A stretch of DNA of 63,166 nt, filler included, from Chrysochromulina tobinii (taxonomy: Eukaryota), in the NCBI GenBank assembly GCA_001275005.1. It is 9 parts of 9 records of this genome, joined end to end, with 100 filler letters (N's around TTAATTAATTAA, not from the genome) between each part and the next. Parts side by side here need not be neighbours in the genome. Positions count along the whole stretch, not along the records: positions 1 to 5,253 come from JWZX01000864.1; positions 5,354 to 15,893 come from JWZX01000867.1; 7 more parts are not named here. One strand, written 5' to 3'. The position numbers and the translations under genes were made by a program. Of this stretch, positions 1-11,700 are shown one piece after another. How positions within the stretch are numbered: position 1 is the stretch's first letter; each line of letters starts with the position of its first letter. Under the pieces are notes generated by a model that did no database searches, had not been told where the DNA came from, and worked only from the letters and a program-made list of their open reading frames with translations.

Positions 1-183
1 GGTCACGCGGGCAGGGCGGGCGGGCGGGAGAGTGCCGCGCATGCCGCCCCGCCCCGCCCCAAGTGCAGCCCCGTCTCACGCTCGGAGGTCGACTCTCTCT
101 GCACCCGGACAGCAGGACCAGCTGCTGCGGAGCGTGGGTTGTGAACTTATCTGCCGGCCGAACGTGCTCGTGGTCTGCGATCG

Positions 184-3100
184 ATGGCTCGAGGACTCCT
201 GCACGGGATCGTCGCCGTGACAGCCTCGGCACATTCGCCTGTGCCGCCGCCTTTGACCGTAGTGCCGCCTCCGCCACTCCCGCCCGCGCCCGACGACAGC
301 GGATTCCGCCCTCTGCCGCCGCCGCGACCGCCTTCGACGGAGCTCGGGCGAGCCCTCACGAGCAGCCAGCATGATGGGCGGCAGCTTGCGCACTCCACAA
401 CCATCGTGGGCTCCGGGTCGATCGTGGGCGACGTCACCTCGGCGTCCGTTTTGGATTACGTGCGTGCGACTCGACCCTGCTCTTTCGCCTCGGGCGCCGC
501 GGCTCGTCGCCTGTCCACCCCCCGCAAAGCATGCTCGCCCACCTGCCTGGCCGCTCATGCCCTCTCGCGTTCTCACTCGCTCGCTCGCACGTGCTGTGCA
601 CACAGGCTGTTAGCGTCGCCGTGAGCGGCTCGTTCGCTTACGTGGCAGCGTGTTTATCCGACTCGCTGGTGGTGGTCGACATGAGCAACCCTGCGTCTCC
701 AGTCATCCGGGGCAGCGTGGTGTCGTCGTCCCTCCTGGATGGGGTGCGTGTGACCCTGAGCTGCGACCCTGAGCTGCGGATGCATCCGCGCGCCGCACTT
801 GCATCCGCACCGTCCATTGTGCTCGCCCCCTCGACGCCTCCGCTGCTGATGTCCTTACCCACTCTCACTCGCTCGCTCTCATGTGCTGTGCACGAAGGCT
901 TATGGCGTCGACGTGAGCGGCTCGTATGCTTACGTGGCGGCGCATGGGTCCGACTCACTGGTGGTGGTCAACATTATCAACCCTGCATCTCCCGTAATCT
1001 GGGGCAGCGTGGTCTCCTCGTCCCTTATGGATGAGCCCAATGCCGTCGCCGTGAGCGGCTCGCACGCTTACGTAACGGCGGATCTTTCCGACTCGTTGGT
1101 GGTGGTCGACATAAGCAACCCTGCGTCTCCAGTCATCCGCGGCAGCGTGGTCTCGTCGTCACTCTTGGATCATGTGACCGCTCACCGCGGATGGCCTCAG
1201 GCGCCGCGCCATGCGTCCGCCCCGTCCATCATGCACGCGTCCGCGGCGCCACTGCCTGCTGATGCCCTCTCGCGCTCTCACTCGCTCCCTCTCACGTGAT
1301 GTGCACACAGGCTGCTAACGTCGCCGTAAGCGGCTCGTACGCTTACGTGGCGGCGCTCAATTCCGACTCGCTGGTGGTGGTCGACATTAGCAACCCTGCG
1401 ACTCCAGTCATCCGGGGCAGCGTGGTCTCGTCGTCTCTTCTTGATGGAGTGCGCGTGACCCTATTCTGCGACCGCGGACGGCCTCAGGCGCCGCTGCATG
1501 CGTCCGCATCGTCCATCATGCTCGCACCCACGGCGCTACCGCCTGCCGGTGCCCTCTTGCGCCCTCACTTGCTCGCTCTCACGTGCTGTGCACACAGGCT
1601 ATCTCCGTCGCCGTGAGCGGCTCCTACGCTTACGTGGCGGGGCATTATTCCAACTCGCTGGTGGTGATCGACATTAGCAATCCTGCGTCTCCGGCCATCC
1701 GGGGCAGCGTGGTCTCGTCGTCACTTCTTGTTCAGGTGCGTACGACGCGGAGCTGCGACCGTGATTGAACTAGGGCGCAGGCTCGTCGCGCTTGCGTCCG
1801 CACCGTCCATCATGCTCGCACCCGCGGTGCGTCCGCTGCCGATGCCCTCTCGCGCTCTCACTCGCTCCCTCTCACGTGCTGTGCACACAGGCTATCTCCG
1901 TCGCCGTGAGCGGCTCCTACGCTTATGTGGCGGCGTGGATGTCCGACTCGCTGGTGGTGGTCGACATAAGCAACCCTGCGTCTCCAGTCATCCGGGGCAG
2001 CGTGGTCTCGTCGTCCTTTCTGGATGGGGTACGTGTGGCCCTTAGCTTTGTCCATCATGCTTGCCCCCGCGGCGCGGCGGCCGCTGATGTCCTCGCGCTC
2101 TCACTCGCTCGCCCTCACGTGCTGTGCACACACAGGCTCATGCCGTCGCGGTGAGCGGCTCCTTCGCTTACGTGGCGGCGTCTCGAGCCGACGGGCTGAC
2201 GGTGGTGCTTCTGGACCTGCACTCGCCGCCCCCGTCGCCTCCGCGCATGCCGCCGCCGCGCTTGCAGCCGCCGCCCTCGCCGCCGCGCTTGCCGCCATCG
2301 CCCTCGCCGCCGCCGTATCCGCCGGGGACCGCGGCGGTGAGCACTGCCGCCGACCTGACCAGTGCACTCGCCAACACCGCCGTCGGCCGCATCGTCCTTG
2401 CCTCCAGCACCTACTACCTCACCGCCGAGCTCAGCATCACCAGGAGTGTCATCATCGAGGCGGCGGCGGGAGCCACGGTCACCCTGAACGCACAAGCGGG
2501 CTCCTCGAGTCCGCGCCGTGTGCTGAACATCAACCCGGGCTCGTCGGGCGTCGTGCAACTGATTGGGCTCAACATCACCCGGGGGTACGTATCGGATTTG
2601 TTTGGACGGTATCAAACTGGAGGATATGGAACTAATGGGGGCGGTGGTGTTTACATCTACAGTGGTACGGTGAGCTTCTCATCGTGCACCATCACTGGCA
2701 ACACAGCTGATTATGGGGGATGGGATTATGCAGCAAAGGGCGGCGGTGTTTACATCGGCGGAGGCACGGTGACCTTCTCATCATGCACCATCACTGGCAA
2801 CACGGCTGCTAATGGCGGCGGTGTGTCCATCAGCAGTGGCACGGTGAGCTTCTCATCGTGCACCATCACTGGCAACACAGCTACTGTTGGGGAGCGGGGC
2901 GGCGGTGTTTTCATCGACGGTGGCACGGTGACCTTCTCATCGTGCACCATCACTGGCAACTCAGCTCGTACATGGGGCGGCGGTGTCTATGTCCTGGGTG
3001 GCTATGTCCTCCTGGGTGGCACGGTGACCTTCTCATCGTGCACCATCACTGGCAACACAGCTCATAATCATGGCGGCGGCGTTTTCATCTCTGATGGACA

Positions 3101-3351
3101 TGGCGCCGGCGGCGTTTTATCGGTGAGCTTCTCATCGTGCACCATCACTGGCAACGCCCTCACCAACCCCATCACCAACTCAGCTCAAAATTCGGGGCCC
3201 AATGTCTATGTCAGCGGAGGCATGGTCTGCTCCTGGGCGATGACCCTGACCGGCGTCTCTGGCACGGTCTCTATTTGCTCTGCACCGCCGCCGCCGCCGC
3301 CGCCGCTGCCACCGCTGTCACCGCCCTCGCCACCGTCGCCACCGTCGCCGC

Positions 3352-3382
<31 letters not shown>

Positions 3383-5253
3383 GTATGCGCCAGGCACCTC
3401 GGTGGTGGGCACCAGCGCCGACCTGACCAGTGCACTCGCCAATACAGCCGTTGGCCGCATCGTCCTTGCCCCTGGCACGTACATACTCAACGCCGAGCTC
3501 AGCATCACCAGGAGCGTCGTCCTCGAGGCGGCCGTGGCAGGCTCGGTCGTGCTGGATGCACAAGCGAGCTCCTCGAGTCGGCGCCGTGTGCTGCACATCA
3601 ACCCGGGCTCGTCGGGCGTCGTGCAAGTGATCGGGCTCAACATCACCAGGGGGGATGTACAGGATCAAGGCGGTGGTGTCTATGTCAGGGGTGGCACAGT
3701 GTCAATCGTGAACTCCCAGATCTACTCCAACACAGCTTCCACAGGCGGCGGTATTCATGTCAGTGGAGGCTCAGTCTCACTCATCAACTGCCAAGTGCAT
3801 TCCAACCAAGCTTACTCTGGCGGCGGTCTTTTGGTCGACGGAGCCACAGTGTCAATCGTGAACTCCCAGATCTACTCCAACACAGCTGGAGATAATGGCG
3901 GCGGTGTCTATGTTCTCGCTTGGCCGACGGAGTGCACGGTCACGATAAGGTCTTCCTCGATCTACGGGAACTCAGCACGCGGGGCTTACGGAGGCGGTGT
4001 CTTTGTCTATTCTGGCACGGTCACGATAACGTCTTCCTGGATCTACGGGAATACAGCTCGATCAAATGATTGGTCGGAGGGGCCCAATGTCTATGGCTAT
4101 GGAGGCACCGTCTGCTCCTGGCTAACGATCCTCACCGGCGTCTCTGGCACAGTCTCAACTTGCCCAGCACCCCCGCCACCGCCATCCCAGACCTCACTGC
4201 CGCCGCCACCCTCCCCGCCTCCGTCCTCGCCCTCCCCGCCGCCGCCGTCGCCGCCGCCGCCCTCGCCCTCACCGCCGCCGCCGCCACCGCCACCGCCGCC
4301 CTCGCCACCTCCGCCGCCTTCGCCTCCGCTCTCCCCAACCCCCTCACCCCCGCCGCCCTCGCCGCCGCCCCCGCCCTCCCTTCGCCCGCCGCCGTCGTAT
4401 CCGCCAGGCACCGCGGCAGTGAGCACCGCCGCCGGCCTGACCAGTGCACTCGCCAACACCGCCGTCGGCCGCATTGTCCTTGTTTCCGGTACCTACTTAG
4501 TCAGTGCCAGCTCTGTTGAGTTCCTCATCACCAGGAGCGTCATCCTCGAGGCGGCGGTGGCAGGCTCGGTCGTGCTGGATGCACAAGGCATGGGAGGCAA
4601 ACGTGTGCTGAGAATCAACCTGGGCTCGTCCGAGTTCGTGCAACTGATCGGGCTCAACATCACGGGAGGCTACGATCAAGGTGGTGGTGTCTTGGTCCAG
4701 GGTGGCACAGTGGCCATCTCATCATGCAACATCTATGGGAACTCAGCTGCTTCAACCAATGGGGCGGGTGGCGGTGTCTATGTCCAATCCGGCACGCTCA
4801 CGATAACGTCATCCTTGATCTACGGGAATACAGCTGAAGATTGGGGCGGTGGTGTCGCTGCCTGGGGAGGCACAGTGACCATCTCATCGTGCACCATCAC
4901 AGGGAACACAGCAACCAGCGGCGGTCTTTATTCCGGGGGCGGCGGTGTGTACATCTTTAATGCAGCACTTTCAATGTTCAGCTCAGAGATCTACTCCAAC
5001 TCAGCTGTACAGGGGTCCCAAGTCTATAATAGAATAGACAACAATATGCGCACAGTCTGCATCTTGGGCAACGACCCGATCGCAATATGGGCGAGGACCC
5101 TCTCTGGCCCTAACCCAGGCGTCTATGGCACAATCTCAACTTGCGTGGCGCCGCCGTCCTCGCCGCCCTCGCCCCCCTCGCCCTCGCCGCCACCGCCCTC
5201 GCCGTCGCCCCCGCCGCCCTCGCCCTCGCCCCCGCCGCCCTCGCCGTCGCCTC
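184..5253 (+). CDS. Surface/secreted repeat protein: LVIVD beta-propeller plus three parallel beta-helix (PMP/pectin-lyase-like) modules with Pro-rich linkers; 3'-truncated
   Basis: Exons 184-459, 606-743, 898-1173, 1311-1448, 1598-1735, 1891-2028, 2136->5253; all introns GT-AG, phase 0. 46-aa repeats like AxxVAVSGSYAYVAxxxSDSLVVVDISNPASPVIRGSVVSSSLLDG match LVIVD repeats; GGGVxIxGGTVxxSSCTITGNTA coils follow. Confidence 0.85.
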
Positions 5254-5353
5254 NNNNNNNNNNNNNNNNNNNNNNNNNNNNNNNNNNNNNNNNNNNNTTA
5301 ATTAATTAANNNNNNNNNNNNNNNNNNNNNNNNNNNNNNNNNNNNNNNNNNNN
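5254..5353. other. Artificial contig linker (also at 15894-15993, 18051-18150, 34530-34629, 42451-42550, 53120-53219, 55586-55685, 61522-61621)
   Basis: Identical 100-nt N-TTAATTAATTAA-N spacer with stops in all six frames, eight times. Confidence 0.99.
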
Positions 5354-8300
5354 GACGGCCGCCGGCCCCGGCGCCGGCGCCAGGCCGCCGTCGCCGCCGC
5401 CGTCGCCGCCGCCGTCGCCGCCGTCGCCGCCGTCGCCGCCGAGCTCGCGCTCGGTCTGGGCGATCGCAAAGACATCGCAGCTCCGGGCGAGCATCACACG
5501 CATCTCCTCCTCGAGGGTGTCCACGTCGTCTCCCAGCTGGAAGGCAGAGGCGCGACGCTTCATGCGCTGCACCTCGGCGAGCTCCTCGGGGGTGGCCATG
5601 CCGATGCCCTTGGCCGCGGCGACGCGCTCTGCCTCCGTCATGGCGCGGCCCATGTCCTTGCGCACTAGGAGCATGCCCTCCGCCAGCGACGGGTCCGGCT
5701 GCATGGCTTGCTGCACTTTGAATCGTCGAAGGGCCGATTCGGATGAGTCCTCGACCGCACGCTGTTGGAGGTCCTCGCACCACGCGCGCATCTGGGGCGC
5801 GTTCCGTAGCTGCAGAAAGACCATGTGGTGCTCTTTCCAAACCATCGACAGGCGCACAGCCACCAAGAAGCGCTGCATCGGCAGCCGCTCATCGTGGTAG
5901 GCGGGGAGGGCGATTGCCTTCGCACCGAACACACAGATCGCCGAGAGGGCGTATGTGCTCGGCAGCAGCTCACCCTCGGCGGGGAAGAGGTACAAGAACG
6001 AGCCGCGCGCCACCAGCGTGTACGCCTCGAACGGGAGCATCGGACGGCCGTCGGAAGCGCCCAAGCACAGGCGCACGATGCCCGCACGCTCCATGATGCC
6101 GTTGTGGGAGAGGTCGACGAGCCGGGGAAGTGGCCCCTTCATCAGCCTGCGAAGCTTCACCATATGCTTCTTGCGCAGTTCAGTCGGCTTGGCGGCCTTT
6201 GCGGCGGCGCGAACAGCGACGCTGTTCGAGATGACGAACGCTTGCTCCTGGACTCGTAGCTCCTCCCTGACGTTTCCCCACTGTCGCGCGAGAGGACGCA
6301 CCAGGAGTAACGGCCCGTACAGACCGCACGCTGTGGCGCCGACGACGGTGCCGACAACCTTGAAGTCGAGGCGCGGCCCCATGTAGATGAGGTAGATGGC
6401 GACCAACGACGAGATGAGGAAGATGACGTACGAGCCGAGCAGCATCAAGAGATATTTGCGGATCGCGATGCCCGCAAACAGCACGTACAAGACCGAGTAT
6501 GGGGTCGCGAGAAGAAGCGACACAAAGAGCGGCACCTTGTTCACAAGCGCCTGCAGGGCCATTGAAGCCCACCACACACCAATGAGCCACACCGCCACCA
6601 CCATGCCGCGCCGGAAGTTTGCCGTCTTGTCGTGGGCTCCCGCAGCCACCATGCACAGGGGTGGCGTGACGAGCCAGATGAGGAAGATCGCCGTGGCTGA
6701 GACATGGCTGCCAGTCGTCGCATGGAGGGCCACGTGGGCGATGATCGCGGAAATGTAGCCCAAGGATTGGGCTGCGCCCACGAAGCAGATGATTTCGATG
6801 CCCGAGCCGTAGAGCCGGCCCGAGCCCTCGTCCTTCTTGAAGCCCACAGCGACCGCCATCAGCATGCAGATGAGCGAGGCCGCGCAGTAGCCTGCCGAGC
6901 CGCCCACGTCCATCTTGAGGACCGTGATCTCAATGAGGAGGTACAGGACCTGGGTGTAGCAGAGCACGCTCGTGAAGAGGGCGCGCAGCCCGCCCAGCAC
7001 ACCCCAACGTCGGAAGCAGAACCACGCGACCAAGATCGTCGCGAGGCCACTGCTAAAAGGGCCAATGAGCACGGTCGCAGTGCTTGCCCCAAGGGCGAAC
7101 GCGAGCAGGATAGCCGAGATGACGATCTCGAACAGTGGCAAGAGCATCCACACGCCGAACTGGTTACCCTCGCGCGTGGAGACGTCGTACGCGGCGACAA
7201 TCCCGAATTCGAGAGCGAGCATCCCGAGGACGCCTCCAACCCAATTCACGCGGAAGGAGAGTACTGCCGCCGTCACCGCCACGAGATCCTGGAAGAGGAG
7301 CACTCGTGTGAGCACGCGGAAGCCCTCGATGCCACGGTAGTCGAAGGCGATGGCAAGGGCGACGACGGAGAAGAAGATGGTGAGCGATCCGATGGCGAGG
7401 CCACCATTGGTTGGCATCAGATTGAAGAGCTCGAGGGGCACACCGAGCAGGGTACCAATAGCGAGGGGCGCCATGTACCTGGTAAATGAACGCGCTGTGA
7501 TGAGCACTTGCACGCAAGGCAGGTCATCAGGCAATCAGGGGCGCCATGTACGCTTGCAGCCCGATCCATTTCGACTCGGTGACCACGAAGACGTGGGCGG
7601 CCCACAAGAGGACGAAGAGCAGGTCGACGCCGAAGATGATCCCGAGAAACAGGTTCACGTGGAAGATGATCAGCGCGCCGATCCCCAGAGCGAGAACAAA
7701 GTACGACGAGCTGAGCAGCAGCACGTTGCCGAGCCGCCGGTTGTTGCGGTAGCCTGCGAACGCGGACGCCGCCACGAGCAGCCACGCGAGCAGCCCCGAG
7801 ACATAAGACGCGCCCGTCGGGATGCCGATCACGGCGCCGGGTAAGAGCTCGAGCCGAGCAACCCGCTCCGTCACGCCCAGCTGGAAAATGAGTACCAGGC
7901 ACAGGCCAGCAGCGAATGCGACGAGCCCTGTTTGGGCCGCAAACGAAATCGAGTAAGTGTGGCCGACCCACAAGGCGGCGGGCACCGTCACGTACAAATG
8001 CAGCGCGAGGAGCACGCCCAAGACGATGCAATAGATGGAGCCCCACTCGCGCGAGAATGACAATGCGCCGCTGCACTCCTGTGGGCCCGACTCCGAAGGC
8101 AAAGGCATCTCCGGACCGGGGCACAAACAGCCCCAGTAGATGAAGGATATGCATCCGATGGCGACGGCGCTAATGTAGAAGCCATAAAAGAGGGACACGA
8201 TTACTCGTCGTCGCCTCCTCCGATAACGGCTGATCGCCTCTTTCGATGGGCGCACCACGACGGGCGCCACGGCGGTTGTATGCGTGAGTGACGAGTCGCA

Positions 8301-8393
8301 ACATCGCGGGTCGGGTCTAGCAGCCCGCCCTGGGTATCCTGAACGGGACCCTCCTGCAGGCTCATCCTCGGCGAGCCTGCCCCACGCACTCAT
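5354..8393 (-). CDS. Large polytopic membrane protein with C-terminal PH-like domain; 3'-truncated
   Basis: Exons 8393-7552 and 7478->5354 joined by a 73-nt GT-AG intron (7551-7479) that fuses ORFs 7527..8450 and 5306..7534 (LQA|YMAPLAIG). Many hydrophobic segments; LVARGSFLYLF...VFLQLRNAPQMRAWCEDL resembles a PH fold with terminal Trp helix. Confidence 0.75.
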
Positions 8394-8765
8394 TGCCCAA
8401 AGAGCCGTCTTCTCAGCGCTCTCGCGATCGGCCTCACACCATGGCCTCACACCTGCCCTGTGGGGTTTTTGTGGTGGGTGGCAAAGTTTTCCGCTCGCCC
8501 TCTCGGCCGGACACGCGCGGCGCGCACGCGCGCCCGCAAGCCCCGGAGAGGTAGAGAGGTAGCACTAGGGCACTACAACGTCCTCGAGTACATCACGAGA
8601 CTCGAGAGCCGATCAACAAATAATCAACAAACATCGTACAGCCGTTTCGTATTCTGAATTCTCTGAATCCAGTCTGCAACCGAACGTTCACAGTGCCCAA
8701 GCCACGCAGCCACCCTCGAAGTCATGTATGTAACCGACGGATGAGCATCCTGTTTAGCATCGTGT

Positions 8766-11700
8766 CTAGTTGGCTGTGCGGTTGGAGGCCGCGCTTGGCG
8801 CTTCGACGTTGGACCCGCTGGAGGTTTGGTGCGTCGTCACGTCGGAGCGCTCGGTCGACACGGGGCTGATGGCGGTGATGATGTCCTGCGCCATACTGAA
8901 GAACCCGCCTAGCATGTCGACGGGCAACGGCTCCGCGGCTGGCCCTGGTGCGGACGAGGGCGCGCCTGAGCTGCCTGGGCTGTCTGGGCTCTGGCTCACC
9001 GGGAAGACGCGCGCGTGCCGTTGGCGTTGGCCCCCGCGAGAAACGGCGCCGGCGGCTAAGGAGGAGCCCGTCGAGGACGGGCGGGAAAGCTCCATATCTG
9101 GCCATGCCTCGGGTGTGGTCTGCCGCCGGCCGGCCGGCCGCGCCGGCGAGTCGTTGATCGCCCGAGGCGAGCCGCTGGCCTCGTGAGTCTCAAGCTGGTC
9201 GTCCGAGCTCGAGTCTTCGTCCACCGAGGCGGCGCTCTTCGCCCTGGCCAACATCTCTGCTGCTGCTGCGCTGGAGCTGGCGCCTGCGCCGGCGCTGCTG
9301 CTGCTGCCACCGCCACCGCTGCTGCTGCTGCCAGCCGCCGGTCGCGACGGCGCCGCCTGTCGCCGTAACTCCATCGCAGCAAGGGCTTCTGTCGCGGCCC
9401 GGGAGCTGCTGATGGGGATGCTGATGGCATTGCGGCTGGGCATGGTCGCAAGCTCGACGGCGGGTGCTCCGTTGGGCCGCTGCGATGGCCGTCCCAGACC
9501 GCTCTGCCTCTGATGGCGCTGTGGCAGCGGAGGGCTGGCGAGCGGCGGCTGGCGCTGCGCGGCGATGATGAGCCCCGGCGCGACTTGGTTTTTGCACAGC
9601 GGGCACGAGGCAACAATTCCCTTGTGCAGGAGCCAGCCGTGGATGCAACTCTTGTGGAAGATATGCGAGCAGGGGAGTGTCGTCAGCTCCTCCGACTCCT
9701 CGAGCTCGCCCAGGCAGATCGAGCATGCATCTTCGAATTTATCGGACGCAGTGCACACCCTCTCGGTCAGGTATGGGGCCAACCGGCGCATGAGCTCTTC
9801 GGGCGGCAGCACTGGCACCGGCGGGAAGCGGCGCAGCATCTCGCGCCGCTGCTGCACGCGCAGGAATTGCATGCGCACGCACACGAGGAGCGAGAGGCAG
9901 CACAGCGTTACCGCCGCCACGAGCAGCACGAGCATCAGCCACATCTGCGAGCCATACACGCCCGGCTGTGGGGCCACCATGTCGAGCTCACCGTCGCCGA
10001 TCTCCCGGCAGCTGCGGCACTGGATCTCGACGGTGAAGTTGTTCATTTGCTGCTGGTTCTGTGCGCGCACCACCACATACACGAAGGTCCGTTGCCGGCG
10101 CACGCTGATCTGCACTGGCGGCGTGATCCCGTTGACCGTTACCGTCGCACCCGAGTCGGGCATAGCGTTCGCGCTGAGCGTGAGCACGGCGCCCGCACCA
10201 AGATCAACCAAAAAGTAGCGGTTAGGCGAGTCGGGGACGTGCTGTTCGCAGCGTTCACAATTTCCAGGAGTGACCTCGATTTCATTCAAGCGCGCGTCGT
10301 TGGAGAGCGAACGGCTCACGAAGATCTGGGTAGCGGCCCAGTTCCCCGCCTCAGCGTACGTAAGGACTGTGAGGGCCGAGGATCCCACCGGCACGCTCAA
10401 AATGGCGAATAGCTCGCCGCGCTCGCCGCGCTCGGTTCCCTGGTATTGGACTGAGATGCCGGGGGGCGAGAGCAGAACGATGCGGCTGTTGCCCACGCAC
10501 GCATGGCTAGCAATCTCGCAAAAGTTCGAGTGGCTGGTCGTCACGTCGAGTGCCAGTTGCGCCGTTGCGGATGTTGCAGGCATGGACACCTGGGCGCACG
10601 ACGAGGGCATCGAAGACGCAAGGTTCGGGGGGGTGCCGGCCGCTCCCGCTTCCCACCCCTCCCACCTGCACGACGTGGTGGGGAGGGGAGTGAGATTCCA
10701 CTCGTTCCCGCGCTGCTGATTGTCCGCACGCCACTCAAAGAGTGAGATGTCTGCGAGGGACACGTCGGTGGAGCGAGGCCGCTCGAGGGCGAGGTTGACC
10801 AAGCATCGTGTCCCGTCCTCGGCCGTAACGGTGACATCGAGCGAGGAGTTCCCGATAGATGGGCGCAGATGGGCCATCGTCCAATTCGGGGCTGACGAAA
10901 CTCCCCCCGAGACGGTAGGCGTGAGCGGTGCGGCGTCGCGCGTGGGGAAGGTGTAGCTCGCCGTGGCAAGGTAGTGAAACGGCTCGGCCATCACCTTCAC
11001 CCAGAGCGCCGCGTTGGTGAGCGAGTGCACCAGGTTGACGGGCGAGGCCCCGAAGACGTTCGCCCCCCATTGCCTGCTCGGCGTGTACGGATAGGCGGGC
11101 GAGTTGTCGGAATAGCGCAGGTCGGTGTGGTAGAGCCGCAGCCCGCGCAGCCTACAGTCGGACGATCGCGAGCGGTTGAAGCGGATGAAGATGCTCGCCA
11201 TGTGCGTCAGGTCTTCGGCGGTGACGAGGAGAAGACCGCTGGACACACCTACAGGCAGGCTGGCGCAAGCACTGCACTCGAATTGCGCCGTGGCGCCCAC
11301 GGGCAGTTCGAACTGCAGTTGCACGCGGATGACCTCATTAGGCAAGCTCACCACCAAACTGCCGTCCGAGTGCCTGGTGAGGGCCGCCGCGCCCGTGGCA
11401 AACGCAAAGGGCGGGAGGAGGTTGACGCTGAGGCTCTGGGTAGTGCTGTTCGAGCTGCTCGCAAACCCCATGATCGCCGCGAGACTGACCGGTGTCACGT
11501 CCCGCGAGAGGCCGCGCGCGAGCGTGACGTTGTACCCGCATCGGCGACCGGACGATTGTTCGGCGTTGGTGGTGCCAAGGACGTCTGATTCGGAGAGCAC
11601 CATCACCTCCATCGTTGAGCGGTTAAGTGGCGGCGCGAGCGCGATCATGCTGATCGAATGGTTGAACGCATAGCCTGAGTCGCTCAGAACGGAGCCGTTG

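Noticed and set aside
2660..3160. Constant/variable alternation as a CRISPR array or DGR target
   Set aside because: Fully in-frame protein repeats; no template repeat or reverse transcriptase in view.
5254..5353. Recurrent TTAATTAATTAA palindrome and ORFs ending in LIN
   Set aside because: Artificial contig linker; also means no gene-neighbourhood inference across linkers.
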